Assembly (NCBI GenBank): GCA_965261835.1 | Contig: OZ253478.1 | Coordinates: 1,624,832-1,688,831 of the forward strand | Direction of reading: 5' to 3' | DNA from: Dehalococcoidia bacterium | Lineage (GTDB): Bacteria; Chloroflexota; Dehalococcoidia; SHYD01 | Length of the DNA: 64,000 bases | Shown here: in pieces, positions 11,279-20,462 of the stretch | How the letters are laid out: every line of letters begins with the position of its first letter | Position numbering within the stretch: the stretch's first letter is position 1 | The notes under the pieces: generated by a model | The model's input: only the letters and a program-made list of their open reading frames with translations | What the model was told of the DNA's origin: nothing | Databases searched by the model: none | Program-made: the position numbers and the translations under genes

Positions 11279-12231
11279 TTCTTAGCCCTTTGCTCAGTTA
11301 ACCGCCCCCCGGCCTTGCGACGGAGCCATGAGGTGGCCCGCAGGTAGTTGGCCCAGTACGTTTGGTGCGGTCCGTAGTCCTCGGCGATACGGCGCACGTC
11401 CTCGGTGGTGGTAACCTCTCGGCTGCCGTAGACCTCGGCCGCCGCGCGCAGCAGCGTGCTGTCGATACCGAGCGGGCCTTCAGTGCGGCCGAAGCCCTGG
11501 TTCAGCACAAATCCGGCCGACCAGGGGCCGATGCCGGGGATGCTCAATAACCACGCCATCGCCGCTTGGTAGTCACCCGTCCGCAAAGCTGGCTCATCGG
11601 CCACCATGAAGGCGCGGGCCACCTCTTGCACGTAGATGGCCCGCCGCTCATTCTTGATGAGCCAGTGGAGATATGCCGGGTCCGCCGCCGCGATCTCCAG
11701 CGGCCCTGGGAACGCCCAGTGCTCCTGTCCCTCCACTGCCACGCAGCGCCCGAAGGCTCTGGTGAGCGCGCGCCGCATCGCGCCCGCGATGGACATGTGG
11801 TTATGCTGCGTGAGCACGGCCCAGCAGGCCGCCTCGAAGGGAGAGAGCAGCTTCAGGCGGTGGTAGCCGTAGAGCTGGTGTACTACGGCCAGGAACTCCT
11901 GGTCCTGCTGGGCCAGGCTGTACAGCGGCCGCAGGTGATCGCTAAGACCGAGGAAGAAATCGATGCGCTCGTGGGCGGCGGCTTCTCCAGCACGGGTGAT
12001 CGGCTGCGGCGCGTAGAGCGTAGCGGCGAGTTCGGGAGCTTCAGGCGTGCCGCTCCAGTCCACTCGGAAGGCCACCGGCACATCGTCTACCAACAGGGCT
12101 TTGGTGAGCGACGTATCGGTGAGGGTATGGTCGCCGCGCATCGCCCCCGAGGAGCGGAGTAACGCGCAGGTGTGGGCGAAGTCGAAGGGCGGCGCGGCAC
12201 GCAGCGCGCGGGTGCGGACGTGAGCGGTCAT
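11263..12231 (-). CDS. alkA: DNA-3-methyladenine glycosylase II-like (HhH-GPD superfamily, AlkA-like)
   Basis: C-terminal HhH-GPD region LLSIPGIGPWSAGFVLNQGFGRTEGPLGIDSTLLRAA and an AlkA-like N-terminal domain. Confidence 0.6.
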   Translation of the reverse strand: MTAHVRTRALRAAPPFDFAHTCALLRSSGAMRGDHTLTDTSLTKALLVDDVPVAFRVDWSGTPEAPELAATLYAPQPITRAGEAAAHERIDFFLGLSDHLRPLYSLAQQDQEFLAVVHQLYGYHRLKLLSPFEAACWAVLTQHNHMSIAGAMRRALTRAFGRCVAVEGQEHWAFPGPLEIAAADPAYLHWLIKNERRAIYVQEVARAFMVADEPALRTGDYQAAMAWLLSIPGIGPWSAGFVLNQGFGRTEGPLGIDSTLLRAAAEVYGSREVTTTEDVRRIAEDYGPHQTYWANYLRATSWLRRKAGGRLTEQRAKKRPSL

Positions 12232-12390
12232 GGGGGTAGTATAGCGCGAGCGCTTGCCCCGTCCCCAAGCCTTACCCTCCGGCCCCGTTCCACTCCCTGC
12301 GACACGCTCGGGACAGGCGCTGGCACTCCCCGTGCACTACTTGCCACTAACGGCTCACCACCGCCTGGCAACGCCTGATAGCCCGCGGCT

Positions 12391-12420
12391 ACCCGTTACC
12401 CGCTACCCGCTACCCGCTAC
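12391..12420. repeat. tandem heptamer repeat (ACCCGCT, about 4 copies) over the stop codon and 3-prime flank of the LLM gene
   Basis: acccgtt acccgct acccgct acccgct ac. Confidence 0.6.
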
Positions 12421-13559
12421 TTCTTCCCGAAGTGTGGCATCACTTCTTTAGCAAAGGTGGTGAGTTGCGCCATGAACTCCTTGGCGGGCACGCCTTCCGG
12501 CCAATGAATCATCACGTGCTCCAGGCCGGGGAACTCCTCCTCGTAGGCCTTGAGCTCTTTGACCACCAGGTCCGGGGGGCCGCACAGCCAGGCGCGTTGG
12601 TGAATGCCGTCCTCGATAGTGGGCTGGTGGGCGGGTGCGCCGGGCGTTCCCCAAGTGCGGCCATTCTCGTCGGCGTAGCGCACGAAGCCGAAGGGGGCGA
12701 ACCACTTGTAGCGCTCATCGTGATAAGGGCGCACGCCCTCCATCGCCTGCTGCTGGGTCGGAGCAATGTACATGCCCAAACCTAGGCAGAGGTCCTGGCC
12801 TAGGGCCAGCGTGCGGCCGGCCTTTGCCGCCTCATCTTGGTAGGTGTGGAACACGTCCCGGGTGATCCTGTCGCCGTTCAAGGTCACCATGCCCTTGATC
12901 CCCCGCTGCGCAATGTAGGGGAGCGTCCTCCCACTGGCAATGGGCTGCCAGATCTCCACGGGCAGATACTTGGGCCGAGGGATGAGGGTAATGTCGGTGG
13001 GGACGTAATCCCGGAAGGGAACGGGGGCTGGGAGAGTGTAGTACTTGCCCTGATGGCTAAAAGACTCCTGGTTGAAGGCCTTTAAGATGATCTCCATCTG
13101 CTCTTCGAAGATCTCTCGGTTGGCGACGGTGTCGAGCAACGGGCCGCCCAGGGTCTCCACCTCCCGGGTCTGGTAGCCGCGGCCTACGCCAAAGATGACG
13201 CGCCCGTCGGTGAGGTGGTCGGCCAGGGCATAGTCCTCAGCCAAGCGGATGGGGTGCCACATGGGCGTGACGTTGAAGGCGCAGCCCAGCTTGAGCTGCT
13301 GAGTGCGGGCCGCCAAATAGGTGCCCCACAGGATAAGGTTGGGGATGACCTCGTAGCCCTCCCGCTGGAAGTGGTGCTCGGCGCCCCATAGCGCGTAGAA
13401 CCCCAGCTCGTCCATGTGCTGGGCCACGTCCAGCGACATGCCGTAGGCCTCGGCGATCTTCTCGTTGGGGTAGTTGCGCTCGTTCGCGGGCGTGCCATTC
13501 AGTCCGATGTTGTCCAGCTCGACAAAGCCGACGTAGAGCACCGAGAACTTGTCGATCAT
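12417..13559 (-). CDS. LLM-class flavin-dependent oxidoreductase (luciferase-like monooxygenase family)
   Basis: 380 aa. N-terminal FSVLYVGFVEL, then GFYALWGAEHHF...IFGVGRGY, the typical bacterial-luciferase TIM-barrel pattern. Confidence 0.8.
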   Translation of the reverse strand: MIDKFSVLYVGFVELDNIGLNGTPANERNYPNEKIAEAYGMSLDVAQHMDELGFYALWGAEHHFQREGYEVIPNLILWGTYLAARTQQLKLGCAFNVTPMWHPIRLAEDYALADHLTDGRVIFGVGRGYQTREVETLGGPLLDTVANREIFEEQMEIILKAFNQESFSHQGKYYTLPAPVPFRDYVPTDITLIPRPKYLPVEIWQPIASGRTLPYIAQRGIKGMVTLNGDRITRDVFHTYQDEAAKAGRTLALGQDLCLGLGMYIAPTQQQAMEGVRPYHDERYKWFAPFGFVRYADENGRTWGTPGAPAHQPTIEDGIHQRAWLCGPPDLVVKELKAYEEEFPGLEHVMIHWPEGVPAKEFMAQLTTFAKEVMPHFGKK

Positions 13560-13782
13560 GACGTGCCTCCTGCCGCAGGGGAGTATGTTGGAGTGATTAT
13601 ACGAAAGGCGGGGGCGGAAGGCATCTTTTTGGAGGGGTGGACTATCTCCCCCTCTTAGCGGGAGCCGTAGAGAGTCGGCCTACTAAGTGCGGTACGCGCC
13701 GGGAGAAGGGATACTTAATCTTCCCTTCGAGTTGAATTGAGATAAGGGGAAAGGGTTCGTGACGGTTGGCGGCTGAGCGCCG

Positions 13783-14682
13783 CTACCGCCCGCTCGGCGG
13801 GTCGTCGTCCTGGCGGAAGAACTCCTCGACGCTGCGGAGGATGTCGTCGCTCTGGAGCGGTTCGCCGGAGGCGGGGCGTTCTCCGGAGGGGAGATCGGCC
13901 GGGGCGGCCTGTTCGAGCTGGCCTACGTATTCGCGCAACTGCGGATTCTCCTTCAGCGCCTCGTTCACCTGCTGGGTGAGCTCGAAGCCCCGCTTCATCA
14001 ACGGCTGGATGTCCACTGAGACCTTGCATAAGGCGGTGAGCCGCCAGAGCACTTGGTGCCAGACCTTGGGGTTGGCGGTCTGGATGTAGTGGGGCGCCCG
14101 TCCCCAGATGCTAGCCGCAGGAAGGCCCCGCTCCTGGGCAGCCATCATGAGCGCGGTAATGATGCCGGTGGGGCCGAAGTAGCTGGTGGGGGTGACGTTC
14201 ATACGCTCTAGCTCCGCCAGCAGCTCCTGGTTGGGCGAGGTGCCGGAGCACTGGACGTCGCCCGTGTGGGAGACCGAGTCGTAGAGGCCGCCCACGGCGC
14301 AGAGGCGGCTAACGCCCAGTTCCGCGGCCAGGTCTAGCACCGTGCGGGTGTAGGTGGGCCACTTGAGGTCCGGCTCCGATCCCAGCAGCAGCACTAGGTC
14401 CCTGGGGGCGTCCGGGTTCACCCAGTAGAAGAACTCGGTGGCGGGGTAGGTAAAGCTGCGCACCTTTCCCTTTTCGATGGCCACCTTGGGACGGGTGCTG
14501 GTGTACTTGAAGAACTCCTCGCCTTCCAGCTCAGCGAACTTGTGCGCCCGCAGCTTATCCCGCAGGTACTTCACGCTGCCAGTGGACACCTCGGCCGCGT
14601 CGGTCCAGCCGCCCAGGCCAATGACGAGGCTAGGGCTGCGGAGATCGGGGACGTCGGCAGTGCGGCGGAGCAGGTCAGGCAT
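13783..14682 (-). CDS. PAC2-family protein (proteasome assembly chaperone-2-like)
   Basis: N-terminal PSLVIGLGGWTDAAEVSTGSV matches the PAC2 (PF09754) signature (GW.DAG). Confidence 0.7.
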   Translation of the reverse strand: MPDLLRRTADVPDLRSPSLVIGLGGWTDAAEVSTGSVKYLRDKLRAHKFAELEGEEFFKYTSTRPKVAIEKGKVRSFTYPATEFFYWVNPDAPRDLVLLLGSEPDLKWPTYTRTVLDLAAELGVSRLCAVGGLYDSVSHTGDVQCSGTSPNQELLAELERMNVTPTSYFGPTGIITALMMAAQERGLPAASIWGRAPHYIQTANPKVWHQVLWRLTALCKVSVDIQPLMKRGFELTQQVNEALKENPQLREYVGQLEQAAPADLPSGERPASGEPLQSDDILRSVEEFFRQDDDPPSGR

Positions 14683-14881
14683 AGGGACCTCTCAATAGGG
14701 GTTCGGAGTGCGTGCGCACAGTATAGCAGGTTCGGCGAGGATGGTTCTGAGAGGGGACGGTGAGCACCTAATCTGCATAATAGCAAGTGCGGTAAAGCGA
14801 AGAACCTCACGGACGCCATGAAGAGCACCACGCACGGCTGCTATAATTTATGCGTATCACGGTTATCTTTTCTGAGGGTTC

Positions 14882-16291
14882 ATGCAACACTTCTCTCCCG
14901 CCTCCAACTTCACGCCGCCCACCTTTCAAGACTTGAGGATGCGGATGCGCGCCCTGAGCGTATATCGCGATGTGCTTGATGACGACATTGGCGATCGGGT
15001 CGCCAACCTCTTGACCTACCTCTCTCAGTGGGAGGAGTTGGACGAGCCGGACGACGAGGCGGTGGACAACTTTGCCGGGCTGGTAGATATGCTGCTGGAG
15101 GAGGCCACTCACGCGGTGGGCCATCCGATGGGCGACCCCTGGCAGAACTATCTGCTGGACCGGGTACTAACGGCCGAGAACCTCTTCTCTGAAGCGGCGG
15201 AGCGGCGTCGCAGCGATGCGCTTGGCCCCGGTTTTCAGAAGCGGGTGCAGGAGGAACTGCGAACGCTCCAAGGCCTGTACGAACTCTCCCTGAACCGCTG
15301 GCAGCAGGCGGTGGCGCGGGCCTGCCCGGACTGGGAGACGCGTCTGCGACAATTGTGGCCGGAGTGGGAGCCCATACCATCCGGAGTGTCGGGCGCGCAA
15401 ACGGCCCGCCCTGCGGGCGAAACGCTGAAGGTGCGGCTGGCGGAGTCGGAGGACTGGGGCGCGCTGCTGGAGCAGCTGGCCGGGCATTACGCGTCGGCAG
15501 GCACGGGGATCTTCGGGCAGTACTGGGCCTTCCGCTGGGTGCTGCGGGAGCACGGAGGCGAGTTGGAGGGCGTGGAGCACCCCGATCCCATCCGGGTGGC
15601 CGACCTAGTGGGCTACGACCAGGAGCAGGAGGCGGTGCTGCGAAATACCCGGCACTTTGTGGCGGGCGCGCCGGGCAACAACGTGCTGATCTACGGCGAC
15701 GCGGGCACCGGCAAGTCGTCGTTCGTGAAGGCGCTGCTCAACGAGTTCGGGCCGGCAGGGCTACGACTGGTGGAGGTGCCCAAGGAGCGGTTAATAGACT
15801 TCCCCAACATCTCCCACGCGTTGCGGGGGCGGGCTGAGCGCTTCATCATCTTTGTGGACGACCTCTCCTTTGAGGAGAGCGAGACCGAGTACAAGGCCCT
15901 CAAGGCGCTGCTGGAGGGGAGCGTCGAGGCGCGGCCGGACAACGTGCTGGTGTACGCCACCTCCAACCGGCGGCACCTCGTGCGGGAAAACTTCGGCGAC
16001 CGGGCAGACCCCGGCTCGGAAGACATTCATCCCTTCGAGTCGATGCAGGAGAAGATATCCCTCTCGGAGCGGTTTGGGCTGCGGGTGGCTTTCCTTTCGC
16101 CGGAGCAGGAGCGCTACCTCACCATCGTGCGGTCGTTAGCGGAGAACGAAGGGGTAGCGCTACCCGAAGACGCCCTACGGCAGCGGGCGTTGCAGTGGGC
16201 CCAGTGGCAGCATGGCTTCTCAGGGCGGACGGCGCGGCAGTTCGTGAACGACCTCATCGGCGCGCTGGCCGAGGAGCGTTCGGGCGGATAA
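14882..16291 (+). CDS. DUF815-family AAA-like ATPase with a ~230-aa N-terminal extension
   Basis: C-terminal half carries LIYGDAGTGKSSFVKALLNEF...RFIIFVDDLSFEE...YKALKALLEGS...NVLVYATSNRRHL, the PF05673 pattern. The N-terminal half has no recognisable domain. Confidence 0.7.
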   Translation: MQHFSPASNFTPPTFQDLRMRMRALSVYRDVLDDDIGDRVANLLTYLSQWEELDEPDDEAVDNFAGLVDMLLEEATHAVGHPMGDPWQNYLLDRVLTAENLFSEAAERRRSDALGPGFQKRVQEELRTLQGLYELSLNRWQQAVARACPDWETRLRQLWPEWEPIPSGVSGAQTARPAGETLKVRLAESEDWGALLEQLAGHYASAGTGIFGQYWAFRWVLREHGGELEGVEHPDPIRVADLVGYDQEQEAVLRNTRHFVAGAPGNNVLIYGDAGTGKSSFVKALLNEFGPAGLRLVEVPKERLIDFPNISHALRGRAERFIIFVDDLSFEESETEYKALKALLEGSVEARPDNVLVYATSNRRHLVRENFGDRADPGSEDIHPFESMQEKISLSERFGLRVAFLSPEQERYLTIVRSLAENEGVALPEDALRQRALQWAQWQHGFSGRTARQFVNDLIGALAEERSGG

Positions 16292-16340
16292 GGCCGTGCC
16301 CGAACTACGCACTGCGACGCGGCGACGAGGACGGTAGCGT

Positions 16341-17183
16341 ATGATCGTCGATTTCCACGTCCACGTCTTCCCGCCTCAGATCAAAGCCGACCGCTCCTCA
16401 TATCTAGAACGGGACGCGGTCTTCCGCTCGTTATACAGCAACCCAAAGGCAAAGGTCGCAACCGCCGACGACCTGCTGGCGAGCATGGACGCCGCCGGCG
16501 TGGACGTGTCGGTGATGCAAGGCTTCGGTTGGGCGACCGATGCGCTCTGCATTGAGCACAACGACTATCTGCTGGAGGCCGCGGCCCGTCACCCCGACCG
16601 GCTCATCCCTTTCTGTACGGTGCAGCCGCGCTCCGGTCCGGCTGCTGCGGAGGAGGCGCGCCGGGTTATGGCCGGCGGCGCCCGCGGCCTGGGGGAGCTG
16701 CGCCCCGACGGGCAGGGCTACGGACCGGAGGTGTGGGAGGCGGCCAGCCCGCTCGGAGCGCTGGCGCAAGAGCAGCGGCTGCCCCTGCTGTTTCATGCCT
16801 CGGAGCCGGTGGGACACACCTACGCCGGCAAGGGACGCATGACGCCGGACGCGCTGTACGCCCTGACTCAAGCGCTGCCAGGGCACCCGCTGGTGCTGGC
16901 GCACCTGGGCGGCGGGTTGCCGCTCTACGCCGCCATGCCGGAAGTACGGGAAGCCCTGGCAAATACCTACGTGGACACCGCGGCCTGGCCGCTGCTGTAC
17001 GGACAGGAGGTCTTCACCGCGCTGGCGGCAGTGTTCGGGACCGAGTACATCCTGTTCGCCTCCGACTACCCGTTGCAGGGACAGGCCCGCGCGGTGGAGC
17101 GAATCCGGGCGCTGCCGTTGCCGCCGACTGCCATCCAGGGCATTCTGGGCGGCAACGCCGCACGGTTGCTGGATCTACGGTAG
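16341..17183 (+). CDS. amidohydrolase-family TIM-barrel metal-dependent hydrolase
   Basis: MIVDFHVHVFPP, followed by LAHLGGG and SDYP motifs typical of Amidohydro_2. Confidence 0.7.
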   Translation: MIVDFHVHVFPPQIKADRSSYLERDAVFRSLYSNPKAKVATADDLLASMDAAGVDVSVMQGFGWATDALCIEHNDYLLEAAARHPDRLIPFCTVQPRSGPAAAEEARRVMAGGARGLGELRPDGQGYGPEVWEAASPLGALAQEQRLPLLFHASEPVGHTYAGKGRMTPDALYALTQALPGHPLVLAHLGGGLPLYAAMPEVREALANTYVDTAAWPLLYGQEVFTALAAVFGTEYILFASDYPLQGQARAVERIRALPLPPTAIQGILGGNAARLLDLR

Positions 17184-17334
17184 TGGTACAGACGTCCGAG
17201 GCGTACAGCCTAACCGCGGCACGGATGCCTTGGACGAGCCTGTCGCGACCCGGTTGCGCCTACTCGACAAGTTGGAAGAACGATGCTGCACCACTTCCCT
17301 TACTGTCATTAACCTGCTTGCTGCTGGACTAACC

Positions 17335-17928
17335 ATGGCGGAGGGCGTGTTACGGACCTTTGTAGCCATCCCGCTGCCGGATAAGGCTAAACGGGAGCTG
17401 CAAGCGGTCCAGGAGCGCTTACAGCAGGCCGTGGGCGGCCGGGACGTGCGCTGGGTGAACAGCGCTGGGCTGCACCTAACGCTGAAGTTCCTGGGCGACA
17501 CGCCGTCCGTTAAAGTGACCGCAGTGCTGTCCGCGATGGAAACGGCGACTCAGGGCGTGCCGGCCTTTTCGCTGCTATTGGAGGGCTTGGGCGTATTTCC
17601 TAACCCCCGCCGTCCTCGTGTGATTTGGGTGGGAACAAGTGGACAAGTGGACGTGCTTACATGTCTACAAGCACACATCGAGGCGAAGCTGGCCGAGCTG
17701 GGATGGCCGGCCGACGCGAGAAGCTTCTCGGCGCACATCACCCTAAGCCGGGTACGGGACGGCGCATCGGCCGGTTTTGTTGAGCGTTTGCAAACTGCGC
17801 TTGAGGCCGAGCGCGGTTTCCACGGCGGGGTGGAGATACCCGTGCGCGAAGTAGTGTGCTACCAGAGCACACTGACGCCACAGGGGGCGGTATACGCTCG
17901 GCTGGGGGCGGTATCCCTGGATTACTAG
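17335..17928 (+). CDS. thpR: RNA 2',3'-cyclic phosphodiesterase (2H phosphoesterase, LigT/ThpR)
   Basis: Two H-x-T/S-x motifs (HLTLKFLG and HITLSRV). Start set at the internal ATG 17335 (MAEGVLRTFVAIPLP); the longer ORF from 17230 adds a non-conserved leader. Confidence 0.8.
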   Translation: MAEGVLRTFVAIPLPDKAKRELQAVQERLQQAVGGRDVRWVNSAGLHLTLKFLGDTPSVKVTAVLSAMETATQGVPAFSLLLEGLGVFPNPRRPRVIWVGTSGQVDVLTCLQAHIEAKLAELGWPADARSFSAHITLSRVRDGASAGFVERLQTALEAERGFHGGVEIPVREVVCYQSTLTPQGAVYARLGAVSLDY

Positions 17929-18105
17929 GATTGCAAAGCGGCCGGACAGCCAAAAGCTCCGTGACTTTTCCAGATGCAGTGAGGGGAAATGCCGCTCATG
18001 GCTTCACGACCGTGAGTCGCACGCAATGCGGCTATAGCGAGATGGACAAGGGGACGATGAGCGGACTCGCCAAGGTGATCGACTTCTTCGGCAACTAAAA
18101 GGGAG

Positions 18106-20109
18106 CTACTCCTCTCCTACCTCGATGAGCACCGCTCCTTCCGCTACCGTGCTCCCAACTGCACAGTGCACTTGTTGCACCACGCCGGCGGCGGTGGCTT
18201 GGATCAGGTGCTCCATCTTCATGGCTTCCAGCACAATCAGGGTCTGACGCGCCCGCACCGAGTCGCCCGGCTGCACCAAGATGCGGACCACGGTGGCCGG
18301 CATGGGCGCGGTGAGGCCGCGGTGCTGCCCGCGGTGGTGGGCCTGGGCCACGTTATCGAAGCTGGCCGGTCCGATCTTGCGGAAGTGATAAGCCTCGCCC
18401 TTCCACCACAGCGCCACGCCACCGGGCACGGGCGCCAGCCACACCAACGTTTGTGCGCCGTCGAGGGTCACCGCGAACCGGCGCTCAGCCACGGCACGGC
18501 AGGCGATCTGGAAGCGTTCCGAGCCCACGGTGACTTCCGCAGTACCCGCCGTTGTGCCTTCACCAGCATCTGCAACAGCACCTACGGCGGCCTCATAGGA
18601 TGCGCCCTGCCAGCCGTAGCGCATGACGCGGCCGCGGCCCGGCTGCCACGGCCCGGCTGCGAGCCACGGGTTGACCTGAACGCCCCCGACTACAGTGGCT
18701 GCTTCGAGGGCGGCGGCAACCGCCGCGGCTTGCTCGACCGGTTGGGCTGGAGCTTTCGCTAAGAAATCCGGCAGCAGACGCTGCTCCAAGAGCTGGGTGG
18801 TGAGGCGCCCGTTGGCGAGCTCCCTGTTGCCCGCGATCCAGCGCAGCAAGGGGAGGTTGGTGGACACCCCCAGCACTGCGTACTGCTCCAGCGCCCGGCG
18901 GGTGCGCTCAACGGCTTCCGCACGGGTGTCACCGTATACGATGAGCTTACCCAGCATGGCATCGTAGTACTGGCTCACCGAGCGTCCGGTGGCGAATCCC
19001 ACGTCGTTGCGGAGGCCGACCCCGGTGGGCGGCTCAAAGAGCGCTAGGGTGCCCGGCGCCGGTGCGAAACCCTGCGCGGGGTCCTCAGCGTAGATCCGGC
19101 ACTCGATGGCGTGGCCCCGCAGCCGCACATCCTTTTGGACGATGGCCAGCGGCTCGCCCTGGGCAATGCGGAGTTGCTGCTGCACTAGGTCGACACCGGT
19201 CACCAGTTCGGTCACCGGGTGCTCCACTTGGAGCCGGGTGTTCATTTCGAGAAAATAGAAGCCACCCGTGGCATCCAGCAGGAACTCCACGGTGCCGGCG
19301 TTCACGTAGTTGATGGCCTGCGCCAGCTTCACAGCCGCTGTCTCCAGCCCCGCGCGGGTGGCTCTGGCGAGACGGGGCGCGGGCGCTTCCTCGATAACCT
19401 TTTGGTGACGCCGCTGCAAGGAGCACTCCCGTTCGCCCAGGGCAATAACGTGGCCTTGGTGGTCAGCCAGCACCTGCACTTCAATGTGGCGAGGCCCCTC
19501 CAAGTAGCGCTCCAGCAGCAAGCGGCCGTCCCCGAAGGCGGACGTCGCTTCCCGCCGTGCTGCGGCCAGCGCATCGGCCAGCGCGTCGGGGCCTTCCGCC
19601 ACCCGCATGCCGCGCCCACCACCACCAGCCGCGGCCTTCACCAGCAGCGGGTAGCCGATCCGCGCCGCCTCTTGGGTCAGCCGCCTATCGGTCTGCGCCC
19701 GGCCATGGTAGCCGGTCAGCACCGGCACGCCGATATGCTCGGCGAAGCGCTTGGCGGCGGCCTTGTCGGCCATGGCGCGGATAGCCTTAGCCGGTGGTCC
19801 GATAAATACTATGTCCGCCGCGGCGCAGGCCTCGGCGAGCGCCGGGTTCTCGGACAGGAAACCATAGCCAGGGTGCAGCGCGTCGGCGCCGGTTGCCTTG
19901 GCGGCGTCGATGATGGCGGCCAGATTGAGGTAGCTGGCTCCTGCGGGCGGCGGGCCGATGCACACTGCCTCGTCCGCGGCCGCGACGTGCAGAGCGTCCT
20001 GGTCAGCTTCCGAGTAGACCGCCACGGTAGCAAGGCCGAGGTCACGGCAGGCGCGGGCGATCCGGATGGCAATCTCGCCGCGGTTGGCAATGAGGACTTT
20101 ACTGAACAA
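18106..20109 (-). CDS. acyl-CoA carboxylase alpha subunit (biotin carboxylase + C-terminal biotinyl domain); methylcrotonyl-/propionyl-CoA carboxylase-like
   Basis: MFSKVLIANRGEIAIRI..., an ATP-grasp region, and a C-terminal EAMKME biotin attachment motif. Confidence 0.9.
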   Translation of the reverse strand: MFSKVLIANRGEIAIRIARACRDLGLATVAVYSEADQDALHVAAADEAVCIGPPPAGASYLNLAAIIDAAKATGADALHPGYGFLSENPALAEACAAADIVFIGPPAKAIRAMADKAAAKRFAEHIGVPVLTGYHGRAQTDRRLTQEAARIGYPLLVKAAAGGGGRGMRVAEGPDALADALAAARREATSAFGDGRLLLERYLEGPRHIEVQVLADHQGHVIALGERECSLQRRHQKVIEEAPAPRLARATRAGLETAAVKLAQAINYVNAGTVEFLLDATGGFYFLEMNTRLQVEHPVTELVTGVDLVQQQLRIAQGEPLAIVQKDVRLRGHAIECRIYAEDPAQGFAPAPGTLALFEPPTGVGLRNDVGFATGRSVSQYYDAMLGKLIVYGDTRAEAVERTRRALEQYAVLGVSTNLPLLRWIAGNRELANGRLTTQLLEQRLLPDFLAKAPAQPVEQAAAVAAALEAATVVGGVQVNPWLAAGPWQPGRGRVMRYGWQGASYEAAVGAVADAGEGTTAGTAEVTVGSERFQIACRAVAERRFAVTLDGAQTLVWLAPVPGGVALWWKGEAYHFRKIGPASFDNVAQAHHRGQHRGLTAPMPATVVRILVQPGDSVRARQTLIVLEAMKMEHLIQATAAGVVQQVHCAVGSTVAEGAVLIEVGEE

Positions 20110-20462
20110 CGGTACTCGTTAGGTGAGCTGTGCTCTGGATAGTGATCTCGTTCCCTGTGGGAGAGGATTATGGTGGGGGATAGCTTGACGCATGTCCCAA
20201 ACACGTTGCACGGCAGCTTCCGCCTCACCGAAGACCTGATTATTCCGGAACCGCAGCACCTGAAAGCTTTGGCGTTGTAACCAGGCTGTGCCAGCCATAG
20301 CACCGGCCTCCCGTTCTAAGTATTGTCCTCGTCCAGTGTGACGATAAGCCTCTGCTCAAGGCAACTGTAGCCGATCCTATAGCAACCCAATAGTCGTTGC
20401 CGTTGCAACTGGTGCCGCTCAGTTGCAGCCAATGCAGGAGCCGCAACGAGGAATGAGTACGG

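Noticed and set aside
13560-13782. Imperfect inverted repeat GGAGGGG...TCCCCCTC downstream of the PAC2 gene
   Set aside because: Weak stem with mismatches and no U-tract on the relevant (minus) strand; not convincing as a terminator.
17230-17334. Upstream extension of the thpR ORF
   Set aside because: The conserved 2H-phosphoesterase sequence begins right after the internal ATG at 17335; the extension is non-conserved and overlaps the preceding gene's terminator region.
17944-18098. Short ORF (MDKGTMSGLAKVIDFFGN) with an RBS-like sequence in the thpR/carboxylase convergent spacer
   Set aside because: Only 13-18 codons and no supporting features; could be a small peptide but cannot be supported from sequence alone.
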